64,000 bases of DNA from Nannocystales bacterium (GTDB lineage Bacteria; Myxococcota_A; Polyangia; Nannocystales; Nannocystaceae), in contig JBOEGF010000017.1 in the NCBI GenBank assembly GCA_050633305.1, forward strand, positions 104,717 through 168,716. The letters run 5' to 3'. Shown here piece by piece: positions 1 to 10,622 of this stretch. Every line of letters begins with the position of its first letter. The stretch's first letter is position 1. The notes below the pieces were generated by a model. The model worked only from the letters and a program-made list of their open reading frames with translations, was not told the DNA's origin and did not search any database. The position numbers were made by a program, and so were the translations under genes.

Positions 1-2
1 CT

Positions 3-359
3 GCCTCGGTTGTATCGGGCACGCTTCTGGACGACGAGGACCTCGACGCCTTCGTGTACTTCGGGGAGTGGGACTGCGGCAGTACAAACAACCCGAATCA
101 CCGGGTCGAGGTCGACGGCCCCGTGACCGCGTGCGTCTTCCCGCTGTGCCCTTTGGGGAACCCCACGGATACGATTTGCCTGTCCGGGACGGCGGCGACG
201 GTCAACGGTGTGGCCGGTTGCTGTTCCGATGACGTCGCGGTCGCTGACGTGAACTGCCAAAACACCCCCGACGAGTCCTCGCTCGGATTCCTCCTCGTCG
301 AGTCCGCCGACGCCGCCTGCACCGACTACACGCTGACGTACGCCTTTGACGACGCCTAG
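3..359 (+). CDS. Cys/Asp-rich exported protein, C-terminal part (runs off window start)
   Basis: Frame open from position 3 to TAG at 357-359; many Cys and acidic residues, typical of myxobacterial secreted proteins. Confidence 0.6.
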   Translation, partial: ASVVSGTLLDDEDLDAFVYFGEWDCGSTNNPNHRVEVDGPVTACVFPLCPLGNPTDTICLSGTAATVNGVAGCCSDDVAVADVNCQNTPDESSLGFLLVESADAACTDYTLTYAFDDA

Positions 360-386
360 GCAGCCCCAGGGAAAACGGGAAACGGC

Positions 387-1688
387 CTAACCGCCTGCAG
401 CTGCGTGAGCCTCGACCGCAGACCAGACTCGCAGGACGTTGCCCGATGCGATCTTTTCGAGGTCCTCCTCGGACACGCCCCGGCGCAGCAACTCTGCGAA
501 GAGGTTGGGATAGTCGGCCACGCTTCGCAGGCCCTTGGGCAGCGAGTCTCCGACCCCGTCGAAGTCGCTGCCCAGACCCACGTGCTCCACACCGACCAGC
601 TCGATCACGTGCATGACGTGGTCCGCGACCTTCGCGACGGTGGCCCGCGGTGACTGGTGATCGATGTCGTAGGCTCCCGCAGCCTCCTTTCCCTCCTTCG
701 ACTCCGGATCGAGGTGCTCTTCCTCGAGATACGCCTTCAGCTCGGCATCGTGCTTCTTCCGCCCAGCCCGAACGCCACCATCGAGGAAATCAGAACCGAA
801 GTTGATCTGAATGACCCCGCCCGCCTTCGCGAGCGCACGGATCATGTCATCCGACATGTTGCGGTCGAAGCCCGGCGTGAAGTGCCGACAGGAGCTGTGC
901 GATGCGATGACGGGGACCTTGGACAGCTCGATGACCTGCCAGAACGCGTCATCAGAGATGTGCGAGACATCGACCATCACGCCGACGCGGTTCATCTCTG
1001 CGACCACCGACTTCCCGAACCGCGACAACCCCTTGTGGGTGTGACGCTTGTCGTAGGACGAGTCGCTGATGTGGTTGTCTTTGCTGTGGGCGAGCGTGAT
1101 GTAGCGAATGCCTCGCTTGTGAAAGCGGGCCACATTCTCCAGCTTGCCCATCAGGGGCGCACCGTTCTCCATGCCCATCGGTAAAGAGACTTTGCCGGCC
1201 GCGAAATTGTCCCGCACGCTCTGCACCGTGGGTGCCAGCCCGAAGTCGTTGGGGTGGGCAGTCACGATGCCCTCGACCATGGAGATCAGACCCTCGGCGA
1301 CCTCATCCGCGCCCTTCATTTCGAAGTCTGGCGAGACGTAGATCGACATGAACGGCGCGTCCAAGCCGCCCGCGCGTGCCCTGGGCAAGTCGAAGTCCCC
1401 CGACTCCGTTGCGGCCCCGACGTCCTCGCCGAGCACGCCGTCCTTCGAGGATTTCTCGAGGCGCCACGGGACGTCGATATGCCCGTCGAGGATGATGAAC
1501 TTCTTCGCCAGAACCACCGCCCGCTCTTCGACGGACATCTCGGGCTCCGCTGCCGCGTTGGGGGCCGGCTTCGCGGTCGGCTCCGTGGCGACCTCCGCCG
1601 CGGCGGGCGCAGGCGCCGGTGTGCTCGACCCCGAGTCGCAGGACGCCACCAGTCCCAAACACACCAGCAAGCCCAACTGCGCACGCAT
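387..1688 (-). CDS. membrane dipeptidase (peptidase M19), lipoprotein
   Basis: Lipobox LVASC; DGHIDVP, GMENG, YITLAH, EMNRVGVMVDVSH, IASHS, VGLGSDFDG motifs. Confidence 0.93.
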   Translation of the reverse strand: MRAQLGLLVCLGLVASCDSGSSTPAPAPAAAEVATEPTAKPAPNAAAEPEMSVEERAVVLAKKFIILDGHIDVPWRLEKSSKDGVLGEDVGAATESGDFDLPRARAGGLDAPFMSIYVSPDFEMKGADEVAEGLISMVEGIVTAHPNDFGLAPTVQSVRDNFAAGKVSLPMGMENGAPLMGKLENVARFHKRGIRYITLAHSKDNHISDSSYDKRHTHKGLSRFGKSVVAEMNRVGVMVDVSHISDDAFWQVIELSKVPVIASHSSCRHFTPGFDRNMSDDMIRALAKAGGVIQINFGSDFLDGGVRAGRKKHDAELKAYLEEEHLDPESKEGKEAAGAYDIDHQSPRATVAKVADHVMHVIELVGVEHVGLGSDFDGVGDSLPKGLRSVADYPNLFAELLRRGVSEEDLEKIASGNVLRVWSAVEAHAAAGG

Positions 1689-1735
1689 GCGATGCGTGTA
1701 CCAGCCCTGGCCGGTCGGCGTCGAGGGCCGGGTGG

Positions 1736-3274
1736 TCAGCTGCTGAGCGAGAAGAAGTCTTTGATCCGGTGCAGCAGCTCATTGCGCGACGCCGTCGAGG
1801 CCTGCGACACCCGAGGCGCGCTCTGCTTCGACGACGCGCTGTCGAGCTGCTCCCTGCGGGACACGAGGACGTCGCTGATCTGCTCGGCCAGCTCGGGAGA
1901 GCCATCCAGAACCCGGGCGAACGGCGTCTTGGAGACCACCAAAACCAGGGTCTCGGTCAGGGTCCGAATGGTCGCCATGCGAGGCTGTCCGGTCATCAAC
2001 GACATCTCGCCGAAAAACGCGCCCTTTCCAAGGCGGGCGACCTCGACCGAGTGCCCGTCCGTCTCGAGGAGCACCTCGACCTCTCCGCGCTGCACGATGA
2101 ACAGCTCGTCGCCTTCGTCGCCCTGCTGCAGGATGGTTTCCCCGGGCGCATACGGGCGCTCCCGGCAGCTCGCGACCAGCTCATCGACCTGCTCGTCGGA
2201 GAGGTCCCGAAGGAAGTCGACGTTGCGAAGAGCAGCTCGACGCCGCGCCATCGCTTCACTGCGGGCCGCGCTGCGGTACGACTCGTCATCTTGGTGGAGC
2301 TCCAAATCGGCAACCGGCACCGCCATCTGGATATTGGCACGGCGCAGCGAGTACCAGATCCGGTCTCGAGCCAAGCTGTCGGTCACCTCGCGACGCTCGA
2401 AGTCGTCGGTGTGAAAACGGACCCAGTACCGGACGCCGCGCTCGACGAAGTCGGAGGTGACCACCGAGGGGGCCGGACGGCGGAGCACACCTGGGGTGTG
2501 CTGAAGACCCTCGAGGATGACGTCCTGGACCCGGTGCGGCGGCTCCGAGAAGGGAACGACGACAAACAAGCTGCGCCGACTCATCTTGGTCGGCTTGGTG
2601 AAGTTGCGAATCGGGGCTCGGGCCAGCGGCCCGTTGGGGATCACAATCTCCACGTCGTCGAGGGTGAGCACCTTGGTCGCGCGCCAGTTGATCTCGATAA
2701 CCTTGCCGATGTCGTTCTCGTCCGAGTCGTACTGGATCCAGTCCCCAACCTCGAACGGGTTCTGCGCCTGAATGGACAGGCCCGCGAACAAGTTGCCCAA
2801 CGTGTCTTGGAGCGACAGACCGATGACGGCCGTCAACAGCGCCGAGGTGGTGAGCAGCGCATCGAGCTGAGCACCCGCGGAGCGCAGGGTGAGGAGAACC
2901 GCGGCCGAGTAGACCAACCCCTCGCAGATGTCGCGGAAGATCTTGGGGATCGGGCGCGCGAGCCGGCGGGTCAGGATGTTGTCCACGACGAGCAAGAAGC
3001 CCGTCCGTGCGCCCGCCAGCAGCAGGAACAACACGGCCAGAGTCTTGAGCACCGAGGCCGTGGTCGATGCGGGGTCGACGATGGCGCCCATCACCACCAA
3101 GGCGAGGTGCACCACCAGCGCACCGGTCGGGGTGCGCAGCTTGTCTCGGTCTCCCCGCAGCAGCGTGAACCGCAGCGCGAGGATCAGCAGCCCCACGGTC
3201 AACACGCCCAACCCCGAGAAGGAGAAGGCGCTCCCGTCGGCGAGCGCGGAGGCTAGGCGGCTGAACCAGGACAT
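1736..3274 (-). CDS. MscS-family mechanosensitive channel with C-terminal cNMP-binding domain
   Basis: GLSLQDTLGNLFAG..PFEVGDWI..INWRATK..IPN MscS motifs; FGEMSLMTGQPRMAT cNMP signature. Confidence 0.92.
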   Translation of the reverse strand: MSWFSRLASALADGSAFSFSGLGVLTVGLLILALRFTLLRGDRDKLRTPTGALVVHLALVVMGAIVDPASTTASVLKTLAVLFLLLAGARTGFLLVVDNILTRRLARPIPKIFRDICEGLVYSAAVLLTLRSAGAQLDALLTTSALLTAVIGLSLQDTLGNLFAGLSIQAQNPFEVGDWIQYDSDENDIGKVIEINWRATKVLTLDDVEIVIPNGPLARAPIRNFTKPTKMSRRSLFVVVPFSEPPHRVQDVILEGLQHTPGVLRRPAPSVVTSDFVERGVRYWVRFHTDDFERREVTDSLARDRIWYSLRRANIQMAVPVADLELHQDDESYRSAARSEAMARRRAALRNVDFLRDLSDEQVDELVASCRERPYAPGETILQQGDEGDELFIVQRGEVEVLLETDGHSVEVARLGKGAFFGEMSLMTGQPRMATIRTLTETLVLVVSKTPFARVLDGSPELAEQISDVLVSRREQLDSASSKQSAPRVSQASTASRNELLHRIKDFFSLSS

Positions 3275-3292
3275 GGGGGACTCGAAGAGAGA

Positions 3293-3661
3293 TTAGAACG
3301 GCTTGTAGACCGCGAGCCAAGCTCCGATGCCACCGATCACGGGCAGCACCAGATACCAGGCCGTGCCCATCGGACGCTTGAGCAAGGCCGCCGCGCCGCC
3401 GAGCAGGAGCCACACCGCGAGCTTGCCGAAGATCCACTTCGGCCAACCGCTCTGCATCATGCCCAGCTTGGCCATCAGGCCGAAACCCGCCACGAAGATC
3501 ACGAGCAGCGCGACGCCGTGCAGGATGATCAACGGCTTGCGCGCTGCCTTCAGCTCCGCATCGGTGCCACCGCGCAGCGTGACCATGGCCAGGCCACCCA
3601 TCGCGGTGAACAGCACGAGGATCGCCAGAAGGTGGAGGACTTTGTAGAACTCGTAGGGCAT
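3293..3661 (-). CDS. small 4-TM membrane protein (SirB/YchQ-like)
   Basis: YKVLHL, ILHGVALL, WIFGKL, YKPF C-terminus; start set at ATG 3661. Confidence 0.75.
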   Translation of the reverse strand: MPYEFYKVLHLLAILVLFTAMGGLAMVTLRGGTDAELKAARKPLIILHGVALLVIFVAGFGLMAKLGMMQSGWPKWIFGKLAVWLLLGGAAALLKRPMGTAWYLVLPVIGGIGAWLAVYKPF

Positions 3662-3675
3662 GGCGGGTCGGCGGA

Positions 3676-4179
3676 CTATCGCGCGCCACCGTAGCGCGCG
3701 CCAAGCATCTCGCACAGATCGGTGAGCGCGACCTCATCCACGTCCGCAAAGGCAGCCCGATGGTCTGAATCCACGTCGAGGACCGCGAACGTCTCGCCGC
3801 TGGCGCCAATCACGGGCACCACGATCTCCGAGCGTGTCGAGCTCGAGCAGGCGATGTGGCCGTCAAAGGCCTCCACATCGGCGACCCGCTGGACCGTCCG
3901 GGTCCGCGCGGCAGCCCCACAGACCCCTCGTCCAAATGGGATTCGCAGGCAACCGTGACCGCCTTGGTAGGGGCCCACCGCGAGAAGCGCGGGCGCGACG
4001 GTCCGATAGAACCCGGTCCAGTGGAAATAGTCGAACGCGTGGTGCAGCTCGCATGCCACGGTCGCCATGGCGCTGACCCAGTCGTCCTCGTCGGCCAGGA
4101 GACTGTCCATCACCGCTCGGAGCTCCGCGTACCGGGTCGTGCGTTCCGCCGCAGGTGCGTTCAGCGGGAGCGGTTCCAT
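3676..4179 (-). CDS. GAF-domain protein, free methionine-R-sulfoxide reductase-like
   Basis: WTGFY, VGPYQG.HGC.RIPFGRGVCG, GHIACSS.TRSEIVVP, VLDVDS. Confidence 0.88.
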   Translation of the reverse strand: MEPLPLNAPAAERTTRYAELRAVMDSLLADEDDWVSAMATVACELHHAFDYFHWTGFYRTVAPALLAVGPYQGGHGCLRIPFGRGVCGAAARTRTVQRVADVEAFDGHIACSSSTRSEIVVPVIGASGETFAVLDVDSDHRAAFADVDEVALTDLCEMLGARYGGAR

Positions 4180-4203
4180 CGGCGCAGGATACTGCGGAAG
4201 CGG

Positions 4204-4641
4204 CTAGCGGGGGGAAGTGACCGCGGGACTGCGTACCCACGCCTCGGCATCCCGCTCTTCCAAGAACGCCATGATCTGGATTCGGCCGGTCCACGACATG
4301 GAGATGCCGTTCCACGCGCGCGTTGCACGGTCCATGGAGCGCTTTCGACTCGCGTCGTCCTCCTGAATGAGCGCGACCCGAGCGAGTGCCGGGTTTGTGC
4401 CCAACCACGACCACATCATCGCCCGGACCCAAGGCGGTGGAGCCTCGGTCTGCCGGTTGTCGAAGACGACCGCCGACACCCCCGAGGCTGACATCGCACA
4501 CTCGATCTCCGCCTGCATGGTCCGGACCTTCGCTTCGGAGGCCGGATACCCCGACTGCGACACGAAGATGTACCCGTGACGGGATTCGACCGTAAACGCG
4601 AACGTACAGGCCCGCCCCTTGCTCTGCGCTGGAGTTCCCAC
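4204..4641 (-). CDS. hypothetical protein (SpoIIAA/STAS-like)
   Basis: VVFDNR, RVALI, AF..ERDAEAW pattern; start uncertain. Confidence 0.5.
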   Translation of the reverse strand: MGTPAQSKGRACTFAFTVESRHGYIFVSQSGYPASEAKVRTMQAEIECAMSASGVSAVVFDNRQTEAPPPWVRAMMWSWLGTNPALARVALIQEDDASRKRSMDRATRAWNGISMSWTGRIQIMAFLEERDAEAWVRSPAVTSPR

Positions 4642-4806
4642 CCTCGTGTGAACCCTATAGCGAGCGAGGGAGCCTCGCGCCTCCCCTTGCGCAGGACCAC
4701 TGTGGGCCCGTCCACCTCAGCTTCTTCCGGCCGACCATAGATTCCCCGCCTGCGGGATCGTATCGTCCCGGGCTCGCCCACCTCGTGCGGCGCAGGAGAT
4801 CCCCAA

Positions 4807-5625
4807 GTGTCCCAAGACGCCCGCAAGGCAGCTGCCCTCATCGAAGAACGCGCCCCCGGGCGCTCCCCCAAGATCGGCCTCGTGCTGGGCTCAGGCCTCG
4901 GTGGCTTGGGCGACCAAGTCGAAAACGCGACGTCCTTCTCGTTCGCCGAACTCCCCGGTTTTCCTGAGCCGACCGTCGAGGGCCATGCGGGCCGCTTGAT
5001 CCTCGGGACCCTGGCCGGAGTCGAAGTTGCCTGTCTCCAAGGCCGGGTCCACTTGTACGAGGGGCACCACGCCAACACCGTGCAGCCGCTCATTCGCACC
5101 CTCAAGCTGCTGGGCTGCGACAAACTCGTCCTCACCAACGCGGCCGGCGCCCTCGACCTGGACGCGAAGCCGGGACAGCTGATGCTGATCACCGATCACA
5201 TCAACGGTCAGGGCACCAGTCCACTGCTGGGCAAGAACGACGACAGCTTCGGCCCGCGCTTCCCCGCCATGACGGGCGCGTACTCCAAAGCGCTTCAGGA
5301 GCGCATCAAGGACGTCGCCAACAGGCAGGGGGTCACGCTTCGCGAAGGGACGTACATCGCGCTGCTCGGTCCCACCTTCGAGACTCCTGCGGAGATTCGG
5401 ATGTGCCAGGCCATGGGCGCCAACGCAGTGGGAATGTCCACCGTGCCCGAGGTCATCGTCGCGCGTCATTGCGGGATGGAATGCGCCGCGGTCTCCGTCC
5501 TCACCAACATGGGCGCAGGACTCTCCGACGAAGAACTCAGCCACGACCAGACCCTCGAGTTCGCGAACAAGGCCTCGGCCACGCTCCAAGAGCTGATCAA
5601 GGGCTTCATCGGAACGTTCGCCTGA
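4807..5625 (+). CDS. punA: purine nucleoside phosphorylase (trimeric PNP/XapA type)
   Basis: GLVLGSGLG, VEGHAG, QGRVHLYEG, TNAAG, GPTFETPAE, VGMSTVPE; GGAG RBS upstream. Confidence 0.95.
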   Translation: MSQDARKAAALIEERAPGRSPKIGLVLGSGLGGLGDQVENATSFSFAELPGFPEPTVEGHAGRLILGTLAGVEVACLQGRVHLYEGHHANTVQPLIRTLKLLGCDKLVLTNAAGALDLDAKPGQLMLITDHINGQGTSPLLGKNDDSFGPRFPAMTGAYSKALQERIKDVANRQGVTLREGTYIALLGPTFETPAEIRMCQAMGANAVGMSTVPEVIVARHCGMECAAVSVLTNMGAGLSDEELSHDQTLEFANKASATLQELIKGFIGTFA

Positions 5626-5717
5626 CGGCCTGCGGACCAAGGGCGGATGACAGGCGGACTGCGAGCCAATCGCAGCCGGACCCCACGCGGGTCGAAACGC
5701 TGGAAGGAACACACGAT

Positions 5718-6734
5718 ATGGGCAAGAAGAAAGACAAAGACGCCAAGGCGCTTCGGGCGGTGGAAGCACCCAAGGAACGCCACACGTTCGAGCGCAACCC
5801 GGGCACTGCCCTCGAGCTCGACTGGGTGAAGGATCTTCGTGTGAACCGCAGCGCCGTCGAGCGTCGCGCGGGCACCATTCCGGGCCGGCGTAGCGTCAAG
5901 AAGGAGTGGCAAGCCGCGTGGCTCGTCCGTGCGATCCAGTGCATGGACCTCACCACCCTCTCCGGCGACGACACGCCCGGCCGTGTGCAGCGGCTCTGCG
6001 CGAAAGCCCGAGCACCGCTGTCTCCGTTCCTCATCGAAGGCCTCGGCCTGGGCCACGTCGGCCTCACCACCGGAGCGGTGTGCGTCTATCACGAGATGGT
6101 CCCCACCGCCGTGGCTGCACTCGAGGGGACCAACATCCCGGTCGCCGCCGTCTCGACCGGTTTCCCGCACGGGCTCTCCCCGCTCAAGCAGCGCATCAAG
6201 GAGATCGAAGCCTCGGTCGCCGCAGGTGCCAAGGAGATCGACATCGTCATCACCCGCGCTCACTTGTTCACGGGCAACTGGCAGGCGATGTACGACGAGG
6301 TGAAGGCCTACCGCGAAGCGTGCGGCGAAGCGCACCTCAAAGCGATCTTGGCGACCGGTGACCTCAACACCTTGCGCAACGTCGCGAAGGCGAGCTTGGT
6401 GTGCATGATGGCGGGTGCCGACTTCATCAAGACCTCCACGGGCAAAGAGTCGGTCAACGCGACGCTCCCGGTCAGCCTCGTCATGGTGCGGATGATCCGG
6501 GCATTCCGGGAACGCACCGGACACATCATCGGCTTCAAGCCCGCTGGAGGAATCTCCAGTGCCAAGCTCTCGCTCACCTACCTCGCCCTGATGAAGGACG
6601 AGCTCGGGGACCGCTGGCTGCAGCCCGACCTGTTCCGCTTTGGCGCCAGCAGCTTGCTCGGCGATATCGAGCGGCAGCTCGAACACTTCCTCACGGGCCG
6701 CTACGCCGCCGGCTACCGCCACCCCATGGCCTAA
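5718..6734 (+). CDS. deoC: deoxyribose-phosphate aldolase (long type)
   Basis: DLTTLSGDDT, VSTGFP, EIDIVI, DFIKTSTGKE, GFKPAGG, RFGASSLL; start at ATG 5718 after GGAAGGAA. Confidence 0.95.
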   Translation: MGKKKDKDAKALRAVEAPKERHTFERNPGTALELDWVKDLRVNRSAVERRAGTIPGRRSVKKEWQAAWLVRAIQCMDLTTLSGDDTPGRVQRLCAKARAPLSPFLIEGLGLGHVGLTTGAVCVYHEMVPTAVAALEGTNIPVAAVSTGFPHGLSPLKQRIKEIEASVAAGAKEIDIVITRAHLFTGNWQAMYDEVKAYREACGEAHLKAILATGDLNTLRNVAKASLVCMMAGADFIKTSTGKESVNATLPVSLVMVRMIRAFRERTGHIIGFKPAGGISSAKLSLTYLALMKDELGDRWLQPDLFRFGASSLLGDIERQLEHFLTGRYAAGYRHPMA

Positions 6735-6783
6735 ACGGGCCCCAATCGGCCCCCACCGCGAACAACGCGAAGGACGACTTCCC

Positions 6784-9189
6784 ATGACCAACGTCGCCGA
6801 CATTCTCGAGACCATGGAGTACGGACCCGCCCCCGAGGGTGATGGACCGGCTCGCGCATGGCTGGACGCCCACAGCAGCCGCTTCGGACTATTCATCGGG
6901 GGCACGTGGACCGAGCCCGACACGGGCAAGTGGTTCGCCGCCGAAAACCCCGCGACGGGCGAGAGCATCGCCCAGCTTGCGCAGGCTGGCTCGCGCAGCG
7001 TCGACGAAGCGGTCGCGGCCGCCCGCGCCGCACAGCCGGCGTGGGCGGGACTCGGCGGCCCCGGACGAGCTCGATACCTCTACGCGCTCGCACGCCTGGT
7101 GCAGCGCCACAGCCGTCTGCTGTCGGTCGTCGAGACCCTCGACAACGGCAAGCCGATCCGCGAGACCCGAGACATCGACATCCCACTGGTCGCCCGGCAC
7201 TTCTATCACCACGCAGGGTGGGCCCAACTGTTCGAACAGGAGCTGCCCGACATGGCTCCGGTGGGTGTCGTCGGCCAGGTGATCCCGTGGAACTTCCCGC
7301 TGCTGATGGCCGCGTGGAAAATCGCCCCGGCGATTGCGGCCGGCAACACCGTCGTTCTCAAGCCGGCCGAGTTCACCAGCCTTTCTGCGCTGCTGTTCGC
7401 TGAGCTGTGCCAGAAGGCCGGCCTTCCCCCAGGCGTCGTCAACATCATCACGGGCGACGGAAGCACGGGCGCCGCCCTCGTCGAACACGAAGACGTCAAC
7501 AAGGTCGCCTTCACTGGATCGACCGAGGTCGGCAAGATCATCCGCAACGCCACAGCGGGCAGCGGCAAGCACCTCACGCTCGAGTTGGGGGGTAAGAGCC
7601 CGTTCATCGTCTTCGCGGACGCCGACCTCGACTCCGCGGTCGAAGGTGTGGTCGATGCGATCTGGTTCAACCAAGGTCAGGTGTGCTGCGCCGGCTCCCG
7701 TCTGTTGATCCAAGAAGAGATCGCGGACGCCATGATCGCCAAGCTCAAAGCACGCATGGAGACGCTGCGGGTCGGCAACCCGCTCGACAAGTGCGTCGAC
7801 GTGGGCGCCATCGTGGCGCCGGTTCAAGTCGAGATGATCGACAAGATGGTGCAGCAAGGCGTCCGCGAAGGCGCCACGCTCCACCAGCCCAGCGGCGGCT
7901 GTCCCAAAGAGGGTAGTTTCTATCCCCCCACCCTGCTCACCGGGGTCCAGCCCGCGTCCACCGTTGCCCAGGAGGAGATCTTCGGGCCCGTCCTCGTCGC
8001 CATGACGTTCCGGACACCCGACGAGGCGGTGGCCCTCGCCAACAACACCAAGTACGGCCTCGCCGCCAGCGTGTGGAGCGAGAGCATCAACCAAGCGCTC
8101 GACGTCGCCCCACGGATTCATGCCGGCGTGATCTGGGTGAACAGCACCAACATGTTCGACGCCGCGTGTGGCTTTGGTGGCTACCGAGAGTCCGGCTTCG
8201 GGCGCGAAGGCGGCATCGAAGGCATGCACGCGTACGTCGAACCAGCGTTCCTGCACGAGCTTCCGAAGTACGAAGACCAGGCATCCGAGACCGCGACCTA
8301 CCCCGGCGCAGTGCCCGACGGCGGCCTCCCCACGGGGCCCGGCGGTCTGGACCGCACCGCCAAGCTCTACGTCGGCGGCAAGCAATCCCGCCCCGACGGC
8401 GGCTACAGCCGGAGCATCCTGTCTCCTGAAGGCACGATGGTCGGCGAGGTTGGAGAGGGCAACCGCAAGGATATTCGCAACGCGGTCGAAGCGGCTCGGA
8501 AGCAGACCGCCTGGCCCAAGGCCACGAGCCACAACAAAGCGCAGGTCCTGTACTACATCGCGGAGAACCTTGAGGCGCGCGCCTCCGAATTCGCGGGCCG
8601 CATCCAGTCGATGACCGGCGTTGGGGCGGACGAAGCCGCCGCCGAGGTGGCGACCACCGTCCGCCGACTGTTCAGCTACGGCGCTTGGGCCGACAAGTAC
8701 GAGGGGCGTGTGCACTCGCCTCCGCTGCGCAACGTCACCCTCGCGATGAACGAACCGGTCGGCATCCTGGGCATCGTGTGCCCCGACGACCGCCCGTTGC
8801 TGTCGTTCATCTCTCTCGTCGCCCCGGCCATCGCCATGGGCAACCGCGTGGTGGCCGTGCCCTCCGAGCGCCATCCGCTGGCGGCGACCGACCTGTACCA
8901 GGTGCTCGACACGTCCGACCTCCCTGGCGGCGTGCTCAACATCGTCACGGGCCAAAGCGCTGGACTCAGCAAGGTGTTGGCCGGACACGATGAGGTCGAT
9001 GCGATCTGGTACGTCGGGCCAGAAGCCGGCAGCAAGCAGATCGAGGCGCTGTCGGTCGGCAACATGAAGCGCACGTGGGTCAACGATGGCCGGCAGCGTG
9101 ACTGGATGGATCCCCGCCAGGGCGAGGGTCGCGAGTTCCTGCGCGAAGCGGTGCAGGTCAAGAACATCTGGGTCCCATACGGAGAGTGA
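6784..9189 (+). CDS. aldehyde dehydrogenase with second degenerate ALDH domain (ALDH16-like)
   Basis: PWNFP, FTGSTEVG, LELGGKSP, catalytic GQVCCAG, EEIFGP, then a second ALDH-like domain ending KNIWVPYGE. Confidence 0.92.
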   Translation: MTNVADILETMEYGPAPEGDGPARAWLDAHSSRFGLFIGGTWTEPDTGKWFAAENPATGESIAQLAQAGSRSVDEAVAAARAAQPAWAGLGGPGRARYLYALARLVQRHSRLLSVVETLDNGKPIRETRDIDIPLVARHFYHHAGWAQLFEQELPDMAPVGVVGQVIPWNFPLLMAAWKIAPAIAAGNTVVLKPAEFTSLSALLFAELCQKAGLPPGVVNIITGDGSTGAALVEHEDVNKVAFTGSTEVGKIIRNATAGSGKHLTLELGGKSPFIVFADADLDSAVEGVVDAIWFNQGQVCCAGSRLLIQEEIADAMIAKLKARMETLRVGNPLDKCVDVGAIVAPVQVEMIDKMVQQGVREGATLHQPSGGCPKEGSFYPPTLLTGVQPASTVAQEEIFGPVLVAMTFRTPDEAVALANNTKYGLAASVWSESINQALDVAPRIHAGVIWVNSTNMFDAACGFGGYRESGFGREGGIEGMHAYVEPAFLHELPKYEDQASETATYPGAVPDGGLPTGPGGLDRTAKLYVGGKQSRPDGGYSRSILSPEGTMVGEVGEGNRKDIRNAVEAARKQTAWPKATSHNKAQVLYYIAENLEARASEFAGRIQSMTGVGADEAAAEVATTVRRLFSYGAWADKYEGRVHSPPLRNVTLAMNEPVGILGIVCPDDRPLLSFISLVAPAIAMGNRVVAVPSERHPLAATDLYQVLDTSDLPGGVLNIVTGQSAGLSKVLAGHDEVDAIWYVGPEAGSKQIEALSVGNMKRTWVNDGRQRDWMDPRQGEGREFLREAVQVKNIWVPYGE

Positions 9190-10538
9190 ACCGCATGTCG
9201 TTGCTTCCTCAGGAGATCATCCGTCACAAGCGTGACGGCAAGGCCCTTTCCACCGAAGAGGTCCAGGCGTTCGCCGACGGCCTCACCCATGGCGGGTTCA
9301 CGGAGGGGCAAGTCGCAGCTTTTGCCATGGCCGTGTTCTTCCAGGGCATGAGCATGGACGAGCGCATCACGCTGACCCAGGCGATGACGCGCTCTGGCGA
9401 GGTCCTCGACTGGTCCAAGCACGACTTCGGCAAACCCATCGTCGACAAGCACAGCACCGGGGGCGTCGGCGACAAAGTCAGCTTGATGCTCGCCCCCATG
9501 CTGGCGGCGTGCGGGACCGTGGTGCCGATGATCTCCGGGCGGGGTCTGGGGCACACCGGAGGGACACTCGACAAACTCGAGGCGATCGAAGGCTACGTGG
9601 CAAAACCCAGTCCCGAACTGTGGGGCAAAGCCCTGCACGAGGCGGGGTGCGCGATCATTGGACAAACCGGCGACATTGCCCCGGCCGACCGACGCTTCTA
9701 TTCGATCCGCGACGTCACCGCGACCGTCGAGTCCATCCCGCTCATCACGGCCTCCATCCTCTCCAAGAAACTGGCGGCCGGGCTGCAGCGGTTGGTCATC
9801 GACGTGAAGTTCGGGTCTGGCGCCTTCGCCAGCTCCTACGAGATGGCCCAAGAGCTCGCCCACAGCCTCGTCGAGGTGGCGACGGGTGCGGGGCTCCCCA
9901 CCACCGCGCTGCTCACCGACATGAACGAGGTGCTCGGTCGCACCGCGGGCAATGCCGTGGAGACACGGGAATCGATCGACTACCTCACCGGAGCCGCGCG
10001 CGATCCTCGTCTGCATGAGGTCACGCTCGCGTTGTGTTCCGAGCTGCTCGTCGGCGCGGGCCTCCACGCCGACGACGCGTCGGCCCGGGCCGCACTGCAG
10101 ACCTGCCTGGACGACGGGAGCGCCGCGGAGCGATTCGCCACCATGGTCCGCTCGCTCGGCGGCCCTTCAGACCTGGTCGAAAATCCCGGCGCGTACCTGC
10201 CGCTCCCGGAGGTCACCCTGGACGTTTCACCCGAGCATGAAGGTGTCGTCGAGGGTATTGACACCCGGGCGGTGGGCATCGCGGTCGTGGACCTCGGCGG
10301 CGGACGTCGTCGTCCCGAGGACGATGTCGACCCGCTGGTTGGTCTCACCGACGTCGCGGGCCTTGGCGAGACCGTCAATGCCGACACGCCGTTGTGTCGG
10401 GTGCACGCGCGGACACAGGCCCAGGCCGAAGCCGCGGCCGCTCAGATTCGAACGGCGTTCTCACTTCGCAACGCCGCCGTGACCCCGACCCCGATCGTGG
10501 TTGAGCGAATCGCAGCTGGTTCGACCCCTCATCGGTAG
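9186..10538 (+). CDS. deoA: thymidine/pyrimidine-nucleoside phosphorylase
   Basis: DKHSTGGVGDK, MISGRGLGHTGGTLDKLE, SILSKK, DVKFGSGAF; GTGA overlap with ALDH (alternative ATG 9195). Confidence 0.95.
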   Translation: MNRMSLLPQEIIRHKRDGKALSTEEVQAFADGLTHGGFTEGQVAAFAMAVFFQGMSMDERITLTQAMTRSGEVLDWSKHDFGKPIVDKHSTGGVGDKVSLMLAPMLAACGTVVPMISGRGLGHTGGTLDKLEAIEGYVAKPSPELWGKALHEAGCAIIGQTGDIAPADRRFYSIRDVTATVESIPLITASILSKKLAAGLQRLVIDVKFGSGAFASSYEMAQELAHSLVEVATGAGLPTTALLTDMNEVLGRTAGNAVETRESIDYLTGAARDPRLHEVTLALCSELLVGAGLHADDASARAALQTCLDDGSAAERFATMVRSLGGPSDLVENPGAYLPLPEVTLDVSPEHEGVVEGIDTRAVGIAVVDLGGGRRRPEDDVDPLVGLTDVAGLGETVNADTPLCRVHARTQAQAEAAAAQIRTAFSLRNAAVTPTPIVVERIAAGSTPHR

Positions 10539-10622
10539 CCAACATGGCGTCTCCAAGGACGCGGCCACGTCGTCGCAGACAGAAGCCGCGTCCTGCGACC
10601 TCGTGTCCGATGCGGGCCGAAA

